From positions 11,952 to 75,951 of the forward strand of contig NZ_DRGY01000100.1 of the NCBI RefSeq assembly GCF_011049865.1: a stretch of 64,000 bases of DNA. The letters run 5' to 3'. The notes beneath the pieces were generated by a model. It did not search any database. It was not told the DNA's origin and saw nothing but the letters and a program-made list of their open reading frames with translations. A program made the position numbers and the translations under genes. Each line of letters opens with the position of its first letter. The stretch's first letter is position 1. The stretch is from Marinobacter antarcticus (GTDB lineage: Bacteria; Pseudomonadota; Gammaproteobacteria; Pseudomonadales; Oleiphilaceae). Positions 47,201 to 56,100 of this stretch are shown piece after piece.

Positions 47201-47435
47201 CTGACAGCATGGCGGTGGTAAGGGGATAGGTAACCTGGTCTTCCACAACCTGCGGTGCCTGCCCCGGATAGCTGGTTTTAACGATAACCTGCACGTCCGA
47301 CAGGTCCGGAATGGCATCAATCGGCGTTTCTTTCAGCGAATACAGGCCCCACCCGGTAAGGATCAGTGTGGCAAGCAGCACAAAAAAACGGTTATGGAGT
47401 GACCAGTGGATAACGGTATTGATCATATTGTTCAT
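44280..47435 (-). CDS. cusA: Cu/Ag RND transporter CusA
   Basis: DAIPDLSD, FMPPLNEGDLMYMP, AWVMPI..RIDML (Met cluster), RVRPIMMT. Confidence 0.95.
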   Translation of the reverse strand: MNNMINTVIHWSLHNRFFVLLATLILTGWGLYSLKETPIDAIPDLSDVQVIVKTSYPGQAPQVVEDQVTYPLTTAMLSVPGAKTVRGYSFFGDSFVYVIFDDDTDLYWARSRVLEYLSQVAGQLPASAKPELGPDATGVGWVFAYALVDRSGNNDLVDLRSLQDWFLKFELQTVPGVSEVASVGGMVKQYQVVVDPNRLRAHDITLQRIQVAINRGNQEAGASVIEMAEAEYMVRVTGYLTNADDLRQIPLGVNVNGKPLLLKDVADIRLGPKMRRGIAELNGEGEVAGGIVVMRFGENALATIEGVKQRLREIEPSLPDGVEIVPTYDRSTLINNAVDNLYTKLVEEFLVVILICAAFLFHLRSSLVVIVSLPVGILTAFVVMHYQGINANIMSLGGIAIAIGAMVDGAIVMIENVHKHIEKTPLTAENRWSVIARAAGEVGAPLFFSLMIITVSFLPVFTLEAQEGKLFAPLAFTKTYAMAAAAGLAITLVPVLMGYFIRGNVIPEHRNPLNRMLIAIYSPVIRWALHRPAIMIIGGLVVLMIGLWPANRLGSEFMPPLNEGDLMYMPTTYPGISIGKARQILQQTDKMIATVPEVATVFGKIGRAETATDPAPLTMIETFIQFKPRDQWRPDMTPDKVRKELERIVKLPGLTNAWVMPIKTRIDMLSTGIKTPVGIKVAGSDLAVIESIGQQLEAILNKVPGTASAFSERVAGGRYVKVDIQRDTAARFGLNIEDVQAVVRTAIGGMDVATTVEGLERYPINMRYPQQYRDSVAQMRLLPIVTPDGQRIALADVADVRIDNGPPMIKSENGRINGWTLVDIADRDLGTWIEDAQARVREELDLPAGYSVTWSGQYEYMQRAKERLTVVVPLTLAIILILLYLNFRNLIEVGIIFGTLPFAMIGGIWLMYLLGYNLSVAVAVGFIALAGVAVEIGVLMLVYLNQALREAVESVDHQMSRLTPELLGEAVSRGAAQRVRPIMMTFSAIVAGLVPIMFGSGTGSEVMQRIAGPMIGGMVTTLILTLLLIPVIFYLWQLHRLKRFVREGAQS

Positions 47436-47489
47436 CCGGTTCTGGAATGCGCGGATGCCCGGGTTGCGGTCGCAGGCACCCGCAGGGAC

Positions 47490-47831
47490 CTATTGTTTCT
47501 TGATGCGGGTCACTTTTTGCCCGCTTTTCGACGGGGTGAGAGTGAAAGTAACCGAATCGCCCGTATTGACCGACTTCATGTCAACGTTCGGATCAACCGA
47601 GAACCCCATGGTCATGGGGGGCCAGCTTAGTTCCGGGATGGCCTTGTGCTTGAAGGTTACCTTGCGGTTGTTGTGATCAATGGCGGTGATGACGCCGCTG
47701 CTTTCAATTGCATCGACGGACTGCCCGGCTGCCATCCCGGGCATGGACGACATGGCCTCATCTGCAGTGACCAATGCAGGAACCGTGACAAAGCCAACGA
47801 CCATTGATAGTGCAAGAGTGGTGAACTTCAT
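47490..47831 (-). CDS. cusF: Periplasmic Cu/Ag chaperone CusF
   Basis: HKAIPELSWPPMTMGF (H-W-M-M site). Confidence 0.9.
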   Translation of the reverse strand: MKFTTLALSMVVGFVTVPALVTADEAMSSMPGMAAGQSVDAIESSGVITAIDHNNRKVTFKHKAIPELSWPPMTMGFSVDPNVDMKSVNTGDSVTFTLTPSKSGQKVTRIKKQ

Positions 47832-47834
47832 GGT

Positions 47835-49349
47835 TTATTCTCCAGTATTTTGTTGTGTTTCTGGCATGGCGGTCAGATCTTCGACCACATAGCCTTGGGG
47901 GGTCTCGCGAAAACGAAAGGTGACTTTCTGGTCCATGTCCAGTCCGGTCGTATCCACCGACTCTGATATCCCAAAGGTCATCGTCATGGCGGGCCAGCTC
48001 AGTTCCGTTATAGGACCGTGATTCAGTGTGATGCTTGCGGATTCGCCGCCGAGGTCAAGTTCTGAAATTCTCCCGATCCCGGTGATTAACCCTGCGGTTT
48101 CGGCGTTCCCTTTGCCGCTGGATGCGCTGGTCTGGCCGGATTCGAAACGCAACAGGGCTTCCTCCAGGTTGGTTTCCGAGTCGATTAGAAATTGAGCAGA
48201 TGTAACCACCCGCTGACCTTCATTAAGACCGTCAATGACCACAATACGATTGCCGGCTTCCTGGCCGGTGCGCACCGGTGCGGGACGAAAATAGCCGTCG
48301 CCCTCCGCAACCAGCACGTGCTGGCTGTTGGTACGCTGGATCAGCGCGGACCTTGGAACAGTCAGTAAGTTTTCACCAATGGGCGCATCCATTGTTAACT
48401 GGACGAACATATTGGGTCGCAGAGTACCCTCCGTGTTGGGAACACGAATTCTTGCCCGAAGACTCCGTGTGCGACGATCGAGCTCCGGATAGACATAATC
48501 AATTGTGCCTTGCCACTCCCTGTTGGGCAGTGCCGGGGTTGTGAAACGCACCTCTTGCCCAGCTTTCACCAGGCCTGCCTGACGCTCAAAAAATTCTGCA
48601 ATTATCCAGACCGAATCCCGACTACCGATCGCCATGATTTCAGTGTCCGGGCGGATATACATACCAGCACGGGCATTCAGGTTCGTTACATAACCGGAGC
48701 TGGGTGCAAACATGGTTATCCGCTGCAGCGCTTTTCCATTTTTCTTCAGCGATGCAATCTGGGCGTCCGTCATCCCCAAAGCGCGGAGTTTGTTTCCGGA
48801 CGCTTCGGCGACCGGGCCCGAACTGACACGCAGGGCAAGCAGAAACTCCTGCTGGGCGTTGACCAACTCCGGTGAATAGATCTCAAACAGCGGTTGGTTT
48901 TTCTTAACGTTTTCGCCGACGGACTTCACATGGAGCACTTCAACCCAGCCAGAAATTCGACTGTGAACCAGCGTTAGCTGCTCTTCATTGTCAGTGACGT
49001 AACCCACCGTCGAGACAGGTATAGCAACGGCGCCCCGCGTCACAACACCGGTTTTGACTCCGAGGTTAGCGCGAATCTGTGAGTTAATACTGACGCCACC
49101 GTCCTCGTTATCTAAGCTGTTGTCGTCGTAAACCGGCACCAGGTCCATCCCCATGGGGGACTGCCCAGGTTTGTCTCGCCGATAGTTAGGGTCCATTGGT
49201 GCAACCCAGTAAAGCGGTGCTTCTTTGCCTGCCGACTCGCTGGATACGTTCATTGCTGTTCCCGACACTTCAGAGAACACGTATGGACGGCCCAGCAAAC
49301 CAGCTATAAAAGCAATAGCAACCAGTGCCACCAATAAGGCAAATCGCAT
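47835..49349 (-). CDS. cusB: CusB membrane fusion protein with N-terminal metal-binding motif and C-terminal CusF domain
   Basis: YWVAPMDP...SPMGMDLVP; C-terminal HGPITELSWPAMTMTF. Confidence 0.92.
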   Translation of the reverse strand: MRFALLVALVAIAFIAGLLGRPYVFSEVSGTAMNVSSESAGKEAPLYWVAPMDPNYRRDKPGQSPMGMDLVPVYDDNSLDNEDGGVSINSQIRANLGVKTGVVTRGAVAIPVSTVGYVTDNEEQLTLVHSRISGWVEVLHVKSVGENVKKNQPLFEIYSPELVNAQQEFLLALRVSSGPVAEASGNKLRALGMTDAQIASLKKNGKALQRITMFAPSSGYVTNLNARAGMYIRPDTEIMAIGSRDSVWIIAEFFERQAGLVKAGQEVRFTTPALPNREWQGTIDYVYPELDRRTRSLRARIRVPNTEGTLRPNMFVQLTMDAPIGENLLTVPRSALIQRTNSQHVLVAEGDGYFRPAPVRTGQEAGNRIVVIDGLNEGQRVVTSAQFLIDSETNLEEALLRFESGQTSASSGKGNAETAGLITGIGRISELDLGGESASITLNHGPITELSWPAMTMTFGISESVDTTGLDMDQKVTFRFRETPQGYVVEDLTAMPETQQNTGE

Positions 49350-49590
49350 TGGTTCTTTCTCCAAATCATCAAATTGAGTTAGTGAGGGGGAGGGCCGCGG
49401 GTGTGCGGCTCTCCCGGCCTAAGACTTGTTAGCCTTCAGACCCTGGCACGGAGGCTGGTGTATCAGAGTGCTCATGCATCCCGCCAGAGGACGCCTGGGT
49501 GGTTTCATGATATTTCCTCGTAATAGCACACATGCGCCCGCTCACCCGAATTAGCTGGGGGTTAGACGGGCAAACAAGTCAGGTATTGAT

Positions 49591-49980
49591 TCAGGCTATT
49601 GAGGTATTCGGTGGGGGAGTCAGGGTATCGAGTATGATGCTGCGGTAATCGCCCTCAACAGCGATCGGTAGCTGATCAGACGTAGACTGGATAACTTGCT
49701 TGAATTCGCCAGCAGGAAGCAAAATCGTTGAAAGCCCACAATTGCCCTGGCTAGTAGCCAAAGAGCAGCTTTCCAGCGTCATGCCCTCGCACTTTTCATC
49801 AGCTTGGTCTGTAGCCGCCCCAAAACTGATTGCTTTGGGGCAGTCTTCCATAACCGGTGCATTTGAGGAGGTTCCAACATGCTGTCCCGGTAACGTCAAG
49901 GCAAACGACACCATCGGCTGAAAAACCACAATAAGGGTCAGCAGAAAAAGTGCGAATTTGTTAGGCCGTGGGCGTTCCAA
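49591..49980 (-). CDS. Cys-rich exported protein (CopL/DUF2946-like)
   Basis: Signal peptide; MEDC..KCEGM..SC..NC; ends TPPPN; upstream of cusB. Confidence 0.6.
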   Translation of the reverse strand: MERPRPNKFALFLLTLIVVFQPMVSFALTLPGQHVGTSSNAPVMEDCPKAISFGAATDQADEKCEGMTLESCSLATSQGNCGLSTILLPAGEFKQVIQSTSDQLPIAVEGDYRSIILDTLTPPPNTSIA

Positions 49981-50038
49981 GTTAATGGCTTCCTGTCGGG
50001 TGAGTCACATGCTTCAAGGTCGTTTTTGAGCTGGCGCG

Positions 50039-50070
50039 AGTATGCAGGTCTTTAGCCGCTCACAGGTCAA
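50039..50070 (-). promoter_or_regulatory. Possible MerR-type promoter, TTGACC-20-CATACT, upstream of the copL-cus genes
   Basis: ggtcaa at 50065-50070 and agtatg at 50039-50044; the dyad is poor. Confidence 0.3.
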
Positions 50071-50264
50071 GTATTAAAACGAAAGTTTAAGTCTTTTTTA
50101 GAATAACATGCATTTTGGGAGGTGAATCAAAAAACATCTTCTGGTTTCTCATCATTTTTATGCTGAGCCTGAAGCGCAGCACCGCATGCCAGACACAACG
50201 CTATACCGGCTACCTAGGGCACCTCTGAAAGCCAGGGTCAATTCAGAGGTTATTCAGAGGCTCC

Positions 50265-50651
50265 TCAGTTATCGAGTGATTCCAGAATCGGGCATCCGTC
50301 CGGGCTTGCGCCACAACGGTTCGTGAGTAGTCGCAACTCATCCCGAAGCCGCCCGAGCTCTTCCAGATGAAGCTCAATGTCCGTCAGCTTCTGAAACGCT
50401 AGTGAGCGTACCTGTGGTCGGGCTGCTTGAGGATTTTCCCGGAAATTGAGGAGCGCTGAGATCTCCGCCAGGCTAAAACCCATTTTTTGGGCACGCTTGA
50501 TAAAGCCCAAGCGTGACAGATCTTTATCGCTATATTGTCGAACACCAGCGGTGTTGCGATAAACCCGGGGTAACAAGTTGATTTTTTCGTAATAGCGCAG
50601 CGTATCGGCACTGATATCGAGTTGTTCCGTAACCTTACCAATCTGAAGCAT
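50265..50651 (-). CDS. cueR: MerR-family metal sensor, CueR-like
   Basis: DTLRYYEK, RAQKMGFSL, C-terminal CGASPDGC. No Cys at the start of the dimerisation helix, which points to monovalent-metal selectivity. Confidence 0.75.
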   Translation of the reverse strand: MLQIGKVTEQLDISADTLRYYEKINLLPRVYRNTAGVRQYSDKDLSRLGFIKRAQKMGFSLAEISALLNFRENPQAARPQVRSLAFQKLTDIELHLEELGRLRDELRLLTNRCGASPDGCPILESLDN

Positions 50652-50689
50652 GATGTTTCCCCAGTCTTTTGAGAATGACGTCCCCTACA

Positions 50690-53119
50690 TTAAGTTCTAT
50701 CACCCACGCTCGCCACTGCATCGAAAAACATGCCCGGTCGCTGCCATAGCGAATTGATAAAAATAACGGTGACGCTGGTGGCCATTGCAACCATCGCCCA
50801 GACCGGATAGATCAACCCGGTGGTCGCCAGGGGAATGCCAATGCCGTTGAACAAAAAGGCAAGACTCACGTTCTGCAGCATCTTGCGATACCCCCAACGG
50901 CTAATTTCCCAAGCCGTAATGACGGCGCCCAAACGCCCGTTGAGAATAATGATGTCGGCAGAGTCGATGGCAATATCCGTGCCGCTGCCCATAGCGATGC
51001 CAACATCGGCCTGCATCAGTGCCGGAGCATCATTGATACCGTCGCCGACCATCGCGACTCGCGACTGTCGTTGCATCTCACGCAGGACTTCAGCTTTGTC
51101 TGCAGGCAGTACGCTAGCATATACCTCGTTGATGCCGGCACGCTCTGCAATGTGGCGGGCGGTGCGCTCGTTGTCACCCGTAAGCATGGCAGTGCGGATG
51201 CCGAGTTCGTGGAGTTGGCTGATGGTTTCAATGGTATCAACGCGAAGAGCGTCGCCAAGGGCGATCGCACCAAGCAGACGATTATCATGGGCAACGACAA
51301 TCACCGTATGGCCCTGCTGTTCGGCAGTTTCCACACTTTGGGCCAATGCGCTCAGGTCGATACCTTGTGATTTCAGGAACGCCGGACTGCCAACCCAGAC
51401 AGTCTCACCATCAACCTGCGCTTTCACGCCGCGACCGGACTCGGCCTGAAAATCCTCCACGTCGGGGAAGTTCACCCCGGCCTCCAGCGCTTTTTCGACC
51501 ACCGCCCGGCCCAGTGGATGCTCAGACGCCGCCTCCACCGCGGCGGTGATAGCCAGCAAGTTGTTCTCATCGCCGTCGATACTGATAACAGACCGCACGG
51601 CGGGCCGACCTTCAGTGAGCGTGCCTGTTTTGTCGAACACGATCGTATCGACCGTGCGCAGCGCCTGAAAAGCTTCACCGGTGCGCATCAACACGCCCTT
51701 GTCCGCGGCCTCACCCGCAGCCCTTACAATCGACAGCGGTGCGGAGATACCGACCGCACATGGATAACCCATAACAAGTACCGTCAATGCGGCAAACACG
51801 GCACGCTGGAACAGGGGCTCGGCCCCAAATAACCAAAGCCCCAAGGTCCAGGCCAGAAAAGCCAGGATCGAGATGATCAAAACAGTGGGCGTATAAACCT
51901 GCAGCACACGATCCACGATATGCAGCAGGCCGGGTTTGAGGGCTCGCGCATCTTCTACGCTGCTGATCACCTGATGCAGAAAGCTTTCGGTACCGACCGC
52001 AGTGACCCGGATCAACAGCGTACCGTTGCCATTGATCGCTCCGCCCACAACGGTATCGTCCGTCGATTTGTCCACCGGCAGCGACTCGCCGGTAATCAGC
52101 GCTTCGTCCACGGCGGAGGAACCACTGATAACAACACCGTCAACCGGGATCCGCTCGCCGGGTCGCACCCGCACCTGCATACCGGATGCCACTTGCTCTA
52201 CCGGCAGATCCCGTTCGTCATCTTCTGTAACCACGTGTGCCGTGTTGGGTTGCAAATCCAGCAATCGTTTAACCGATTGTGCACTGCGCGTTTTCACGAT
52301 CAGCGATAACCATTCGGAGAATATATGGTAGGTAAGCACCATCACTGACACCGCAAAAAACGCGGCAGTGGGATAACCTTCAGGCTGAAGAACGAGCCCG
52401 ATGCCGCCACCTGTCAGTCCCGCGAAGGCCCCGATCTCCACCAGCACATGCTGGTTGAGAATACCTCGCCGTAGCGCCTGTACCCCCATAATCAACATAT
52501 GCCTGGCAACGCCGAACATGATACCCAGTGCGAGTACAGCGACCAGTAAGGGCTCGAACCCGGTGAGCACGCCACTGGCACGCAAAGCGAATAAGGCGAC
52601 CCCGCCCGCAGCCAGGCCGACGCTACCGGCCAGTGCGGCGGCGGTACCCTGGCCACGCAGAACCGCATAACCAAACCCGACCAGGCTGACATAGACCACG
52701 ACTGAGAGCGCGAGAGTCCAGATGCTTGTGACATCAACAATGAGTCCCACTGATGCCAGGCTCATCGCGAGCGCGACCACGAAGCGCTTGCGCTCGACGG
52801 CCAGCGCTTTCTCCTGCCGTTCGAAGGGTTCTACCTTGCGTGGGTCGCTCAGGGTATAACCGATCTGTTGCAGCGTCCCCATCAGATCCTTGGCATTAGC
52901 CTGAGCACTGTCGTATTCCACGAGCGCTTGCTCATGGGTCAGGCTCACCGCGACGCGTTTTACGCCGGGCTTGCTACTTAGCGCCCGCTCAATAGTGCCG
53001 GTACACAGTGAGCAGTGCAGTCCGCCAATATGGGCCCTTACGCGGTTGATTCCTTGACGATCAGTTGCCTCTTCGCTCCATGGTGTGAACTCGTCTGAAC
53101 GGGTTGTGACATATGTCAT
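50690..53119 (-). CDS. Heavy-metal P1B-type ATPase with a non-canonical YPC motif
   Basis: GLHCSLC metal-binding domain, TGES, GYPCAVG, DKTGT, SEHP, GDGIND; TM segments LFNG and MATSV. Confidence 0.92.
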   Translation of the reverse strand: MTYVTTRSDEFTPWSEEATDRQGINRVRAHIGGLHCSLCTGTIERALSSKPGVKRVAVSLTHEQALVEYDSAQANAKDLMGTLQQIGYTLSDPRKVEPFERQEKALAVERKRFVVALAMSLASVGLIVDVTSIWTLALSVVVYVSLVGFGYAVLRGQGTAAALAGSVGLAAGGVALFALRASGVLTGFEPLLVAVLALGIMFGVARHMLIMGVQALRRGILNQHVLVEIGAFAGLTGGGIGLVLQPEGYPTAAFFAVSVMVLTYHIFSEWLSLIVKTRSAQSVKRLLDLQPNTAHVVTEDDERDLPVEQVASGMQVRVRPGERIPVDGVVISGSSAVDEALITGESLPVDKSTDDTVVGGAINGNGTLLIRVTAVGTESFLHQVISSVEDARALKPGLLHIVDRVLQVYTPTVLIISILAFLAWTLGLWLFGAEPLFQRAVFAALTVLVMGYPCAVGISAPLSIVRAAGEAADKGVLMRTGEAFQALRTVDTIVFDKTGTLTEGRPAVRSVISIDGDENNLLAITAAVEAASEHPLGRAVVEKALEAGVNFPDVEDFQAESGRGVKAQVDGETVWVGSPAFLKSQGIDLSALAQSVETAEQQGHTVIVVAHDNRLLGAIALGDALRVDTIETISQLHELGIRTAMLTGDNERTARHIAERAGINEVYASVLPADKAEVLREMQRQSRVAMVGDGINDAPALMQADVGIAMGSGTDIAIDSADIIILNGRLGAVITAWEISRWGYRKMLQNVSLAFLFNGIGIPLATTGLIYPVWAMVAMATSVTVIFINSLWQRPGMFFDAVASVGDRT

Positions 53120-53155
53120 ACGATACCTCCGGGTTATAGTTTGAATCGCGTCATA

Positions 53156-53803
53156 TCAAAGCGCCAAGGTGATGGACCAAAGCCCCAGTGCTATCAGTAC
53201 CACACCGGTCCAGCGCGGCATGCGTCCGGCAAGCCCCGCAATCGCGGTCAGCAGACGGCGCCCGGAGCGCAAAAAAACGGCCAGTATGAGAGGGCTGGAA
53301 AGCGCCAGACCAAAAACGAATAACGACAAAGCGCCGTAGGCGACTCCAACGCCCGCCGCTGCCTGAGCAGCCGCATCGCCCAGCAGCACCGCCAGTAACG
53401 GCGCCGCACACGCCGGGACATTCAGGCCGAACACAGCCCCAAGGCTGGCACCGCCGGCCTTGTGTGAAACGTGGGGCAGTAGCCGATTCATTTGCCGAAT
53501 CATCCAGGGTGCGCCACCAGCGAGATAAACCAGACCCAGCAGAACGTATACGCTGCCGAGCACGCCCCATAAACCTTCCTGCACACCTAGAAAACGCGAG
53601 CCAATGATGGCGGCAAGTACGCCGAGCAGACCCGTGAACGTGGCCCGGACAAGGGTGTAAACCAGAGTCTGAATTCGCCGTTGCCTTGGCGACAATCGAT
53701 CCAGATATTTCAGCAAGATCAGATGACTGCCAACGGAACACGGTTCGACGAAGCCCAAAAGCCCGAGCCCTGTCGCCAAAATCAGGCTTTGTAACAGGTC
53801 CAT
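53156..53803 (-). CDS. CcdA/DsbD-like membrane thiol-disulfide transporter
   Basis: Six TM segments with two membrane Cys in VEPCSVG and NVPACAAP. Confidence 0.75.
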   Translation of the reverse strand: MDLLQSLILATGLGLLGFVEPCSVGSHLILLKYLDRLSPRQRRIQTLVYTLVRATFTGLLGVLAAIIGSRFLGVQEGLWGVLGSVYVLLGLVYLAGGAPWMIRQMNRLLPHVSHKAGGASLGAVFGLNVPACAAPLLAVLLGDAAAQAAAGVGVAYGALSLFVFGLALSSPLILAVFLRSGRRLLTAIAGLAGRMPRWTGVVLIALGLWSITLAL

Positions 53804-53808
53804 GCTGC

Positions 53809-54027
53809 TTAACTCTCCGTGGGGGATGCCTTATAACCGGCTGCTCGCAAAGCCTCGGCCAATGTCTCGGCTGAAACCTGGTCAGCGTCATGCGCAATAC
53901 GTGCCTGTTTAGAGTCCAGAGACACTGAGCAGCCGTTAACGCCGACCTGTTGTTCCAGCAGGTGTTGAACGACCTGCACGCAGCCGTCGCAGTGCATGCC
54001 GTCGATAGACAATATCGTGGTTTTCAT
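53809..54027 (-). CDS. copZ: HMA-domain copper chaperone
   Basis: GMHCDGC; 72 aa. Confidence 0.88.
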   Translation of the reverse strand: MKTTILSIDGMHCDGCVQVVQHLLEQQVGVNGCSVSLDSKQARIAHDADQVSAETLAEALRAAGYKASPTES

Positions 54028-54086
54028 GATTGCTCCTGAAGTCTGGCGGCTTGGGAACGTCGCCTTCTTAAATGATCGTCAGGAGA

Positions 54087-54117
54087 ACGATACGACCTTG
54101 AGTTAACTCCAGGTCAA
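54087..54117 (-). promoter_or_regulatory. MerR/CueR-type promoter for copZ-ccdA-ATPase-cueR
   Basis: TTGACC-19 bp-TATCGT with dyad ACCTGGAGTT/AACTCAAGGT. Confidence 0.85.
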
Positions 54118-54173
54118 GGAGTTTTTTTGGGGGGAGAATTAGCGGTCATTTTTGCTTTAATAGCTATCCGCCC

Positions 54174-54204
54174 TTGACCTGGACTGAACTCCAACATCTA
54201 GGCT
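54174..54204 (+). promoter_or_regulatory. MerR/CueR-type promoter for the DUF4396 operon
   Basis: TTGACC-19 bp-TAGGCT; left half-site ACCTGGA as at 54087-54117. Confidence 0.7.
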
Positions 54205-54372
54205 GGTTCCGGTTCTGCTTCATCAATTGCACCAATCAGAGACCACCTCGATCACTGGGGTGGCCAATACATTGACCCGGAATGGAAGGCTATTCTGCGT
54301 GAAACACAGTTCTGCGCTTTTACGGATCAATCAACCCGTGTTCAGAATACGGATATTCAAAAGGAGATTGTT

Positions 54373-55086
54373 GTGACAATACCGCTATGGCTGATAACAC
54401 TTTCATGGTCCGTTACTGGCATCGGCCTGCTTTGTGCTGGAGTGATCCTTGCCGATATCTATCGCGGTGGCTACCGGCAGTCCATGAAAAGCTGGGAGGC
54501 GGTGTGGCCGATTACAGCTATCTATGCCGGTCCGCTGGCGCTTTGGGCTTATTACCGATGGGGGCGTCCGGCTACCCCGCGATGGCAGCAGCAACATGGC
54601 GCGTCTCCACAAATGGGTTTGGGAGAAACCGCTGCCATTGAGACGATCCCCGGCGGCGCGGCTTCGTTTATTGGCCATCTGATTGCCGTGCCGATCGTGG
54701 TGGGCACCGGCGTGACGATCGCCGGCAAAGGCGTGTGGCCGATGATTCTGCTGATTGCCGTATTCGCGCTGCCGCTGTTGATTGCCTTCGAATACCGGTC
54801 GCTGACCCAAGCGGGCGAGATCCGTTCGGCCGGATTGCGGCTGCGGGTGGCGCTGAAAATATCGGTGCTGGCGATTCTCGCCTTCGATACCGGTATGGGC
54901 GCCGCGATGCTGATCGTGGCGTTTGTGCTGGGCTACCCGCCCACCTCGATCGCGTTCTGGTTCGTCATGTGGGGCGGGCTGCTGCTGGGTTTTATGACTG
55001 CCTATCCGGTGGTGCGCTGGCTGCTTGGGCAGGTGTCACGACGCCGGCCGAGTCGGGATAGGACTCAGGCTAGCGGCAGTATGTGA
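54373..55086 (+). CDS. DUF4396-family membrane protein
   Basis: WEAVWPITAIYAGP, Met-rich C-terminus 'GMGAAM...FWFVMW...GFMTAYPV'. Confidence 0.78.
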   Translation: MTIPLWLITLSWSVTGIGLLCAGVILADIYRGGYRQSMKSWEAVWPITAIYAGPLALWAYYRWGRPATPRWQQQHGASPQMGLGETAAIETIPGGAASFIGHLIAVPIVVGTGVTIAGKGVWPMILLIAVFALPLLIAFEYRSLTQAGEIRSAGLRLRVALKISVLAILAFDTGMGAAMLIVAFVLGYPPTSIAFWFVMWGGLLLGFMTAYPVVRWLLGQVSRRRPSRDRTQASGSM

Positions 55087-55167
55087 GCCAGTCCTGACCG
55101 GCTACGGATTTATACATCAGGGGCTCAAGGATTTGATATGACTCATTCCCTAAATGGAGAGAAAACC

Positions 55168-55764
55168 ATGCGTACACGTCATTTTTTGGCTATGTCGGCA
55201 ACCGCCTTACTGTTGGCGGGTTGTGCCAGCTCGAATACCAATCACGAATCTGCATCGCCCTCCGAAGACTTATCGATGCCTGACTCAGACTTGATCAAGA
55301 ACGCACTGAGTGCAGCGCCCGCAGATGTCGCCAAATACGCCACCGTAAAAACAATGGATGGCAGGGTATTACGCAAGGGCAGCAACGGCTGGGTGTGTCT
55401 CCCGGACCACGCCGCCGAACCGGGAAACAGCCCCAGATGCCTTGATCCATCCTATCAAGGCTTTATAAAGGCTTACATGCAAAAGACGGAACCCCATACC
55501 GACCGGGTCGGCTTCGGGTATATGTTGCAAGGCGGAAAACCAGGTAGCGATACCAATCCACTCGCCCAGGGCCCGAAGGACAAAGGCGTGTGGCAATCAG
55601 ACCCCCGCCCGCCTCATATTATGGTGGTGGTACCCGACAGCAAGGACCTGAAGGGACTGCCAACCGATTCAGGCGGGGCTGGCCCCTGGGTTATGTGGTC
55701 GGGAACACCGTATGCGCACATCATGATTCCGCTGGCAGGGAACGGGGATTTGAGCAAGATCTGA
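55168..55764 (+). CDS. Uncharacterised lipoprotein
   Basis: Lipobox LAGC; GWVCLPD...PRCLD, GYMLQGG, PHIMV, VMWSGTPYAHIMIP. Confidence 0.78.
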   Translation: MRTRHFLAMSATALLLAGCASSNTNHESASPSEDLSMPDSDLIKNALSAAPADVAKYATVKTMDGRVLRKGSNGWVCLPDHAAEPGNSPRCLDPSYQGFIKAYMQKTEPHTDRVGFGYMLQGGKPGSDTNPLAQGPKDKGVWQSDPRPPHIMVVVPDSKDLKGLPTDSGGAGPWVMWSGTPYAHIMIPLAGNGDLSKI

Positions 55765-55846
55765 TCGAATAGGGACTGACACCGATTGATGCCACATCGT
55801 GCGTCGTAGGAATCAGCCCTATGTACTGATAAAAGGAGAATAACAC

Positions 55847-55877
55847 TTGAACTTCCAGTTGCTGGAAGCTTTAACGT
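55847..55877 (+). promoter_or_regulatory. CueR-type promoter for the mini-MerR/GGCT operon
   Basis: TTGAAC-19 bp-TAACGT with perfect dyad CTTCCAG-ttg-CTGGAAG. Confidence 0.82.
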
Positions 55878-55905
55878 GGTACCTAAAATGAAAGAGGTGA
55901 TCCCT

Positions 55906-56100
55906 ATGAAAGGTGAGACGCTAATCCATCAGGCACTCGAGCGGCATCTCCCGGCCATTGAAGAGCATATCCAGCATTTACTCGGTCTACGCACCGTAAT
56001 CCATAGCCTGTTGTCGCACGAGCACACGAGTTGCGACAGGGGCGAATGCGCTTGTGTCGGCTGCCAGGCGCGGCGTGCCACCCAAGGGGCAGCGTCGTGA
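55906..56100 (+). CDS. 64-aa protein resembling a MerR C-terminal dimerisation helix plus Cys/His cluster
   Basis: GAGGTG RBS; ALERHLPAIEEHIQHLLGLRTVIHSLL-SHEHTSCDRGECACVGC; GTGA overlap with the next gene. Confidence 0.6.
   Translation: MKGETLIHQALERHLPAIEEHIQHLLGLRTVIHSLLSHEHTSCDRGECACVGCQARRATQGAAS

Noticed and set aside
49420-49509. 29-codon ORF with a GAGG RBS between the copL-like gene and cusB (a shifted frame gives ...GGMHEHSD...)
   Set aside because: No recognisable family; may be a decayed small metal-binding gene but cannot be supported.
53151-53897. 248-aa alternative-frame ORF over ccdA and copZ
   Set aside because: Overlaps two motif-supported genes on the same strand and has an Arg/Gly/Cys-rich off-frame composition.
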